Origin: Felis catus
Taxonomy: Eukaryota
Length of the DNA: 64,000 nt
Reading direction: 5' to 3'
Assembly (NCBI RefSeq): GCF_018350175.1
Contig: NC_058368.1
Location: 168,270,001-168,334,000 of the forward strand
The position numbers and the translations under genes were made by a program. The notes beneath the pieces were generated by a model, which made no database searches, had not been told where the DNA came from, and worked only from the letters and a program-made list of their open reading frames with translations. Of the stretch, positions 63,771-64,000 are shown piece after piece; within the stretch, counting starts at the first letter, position 1; each line of letters begins with the position of its first letter.

Positions 63771-64000
63771 ATTAAAAATTCAATGTTATAGTATTTAATA
63801 TTATTTTTATTTTCACATTGTTTCATCTCCTGGCATTTTTAACATTTTGGAGTTTATTGAAACTTACTATGTATGTCTATTTTTAAGCTATTGGAAAATT
63901 TTCTCCTGCCGATTATGGCAACACAGCTTCTTCACTTCACTAAACTTTAGTCAGGCTCCTGAACCTTTTCCTAGGCCTATCTGTGTACTTCCTTGTAAAA

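Overview
Mammalian genomic DNA, almost certainly a felid (cat-like), judged from the dense tRNA-derived Can-SINEs of the SINEC_Fc type and a young carnivore L1. The window holds the 5' part of FBXL17 (F-box/leucine-rich-repeat protein 17, an SCF substrate receptor) on the minus strand. Coding exon 1 (40909-39923) lies in a CpG island, exon 2 (20754-20632) carries most of the F-box, and exon 3 (16371-16114) carries the first LRRs. All splice sites are canonical GT-AG and phase 0; the gene continues beyond position 1. About 22 kb upstream of the promoter shows no recognisable gene. Most of the rest is interspersed repeat: roughly 55-60 Can-SINEs or fragments, old and young L1s, MIRs, MaLR/ERVL/ERV1 solo LTRs, and Tigger and hAT DNA transposons, often nested. 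Nearly all ORFs in the supplied track are SINE, L1 or GC-rich artefacts. I see no convincing novel multi-gene system. The most interesting signal is the translational-control layout of FBXL17 exon 1: a strong-context uORF ending in a three-frame stop run, an AUG-UAG start-stop element, a weak main AUG opening an MGxxxSK/polybasic/Cys N-terminus, and a strong in-frame AUG at codon 194. Symmetric exons 2-3 and several clear retrotransposition signatures are also notable. Repeat family names come from recalled consensus sequences and repeat boundaries are approximate.
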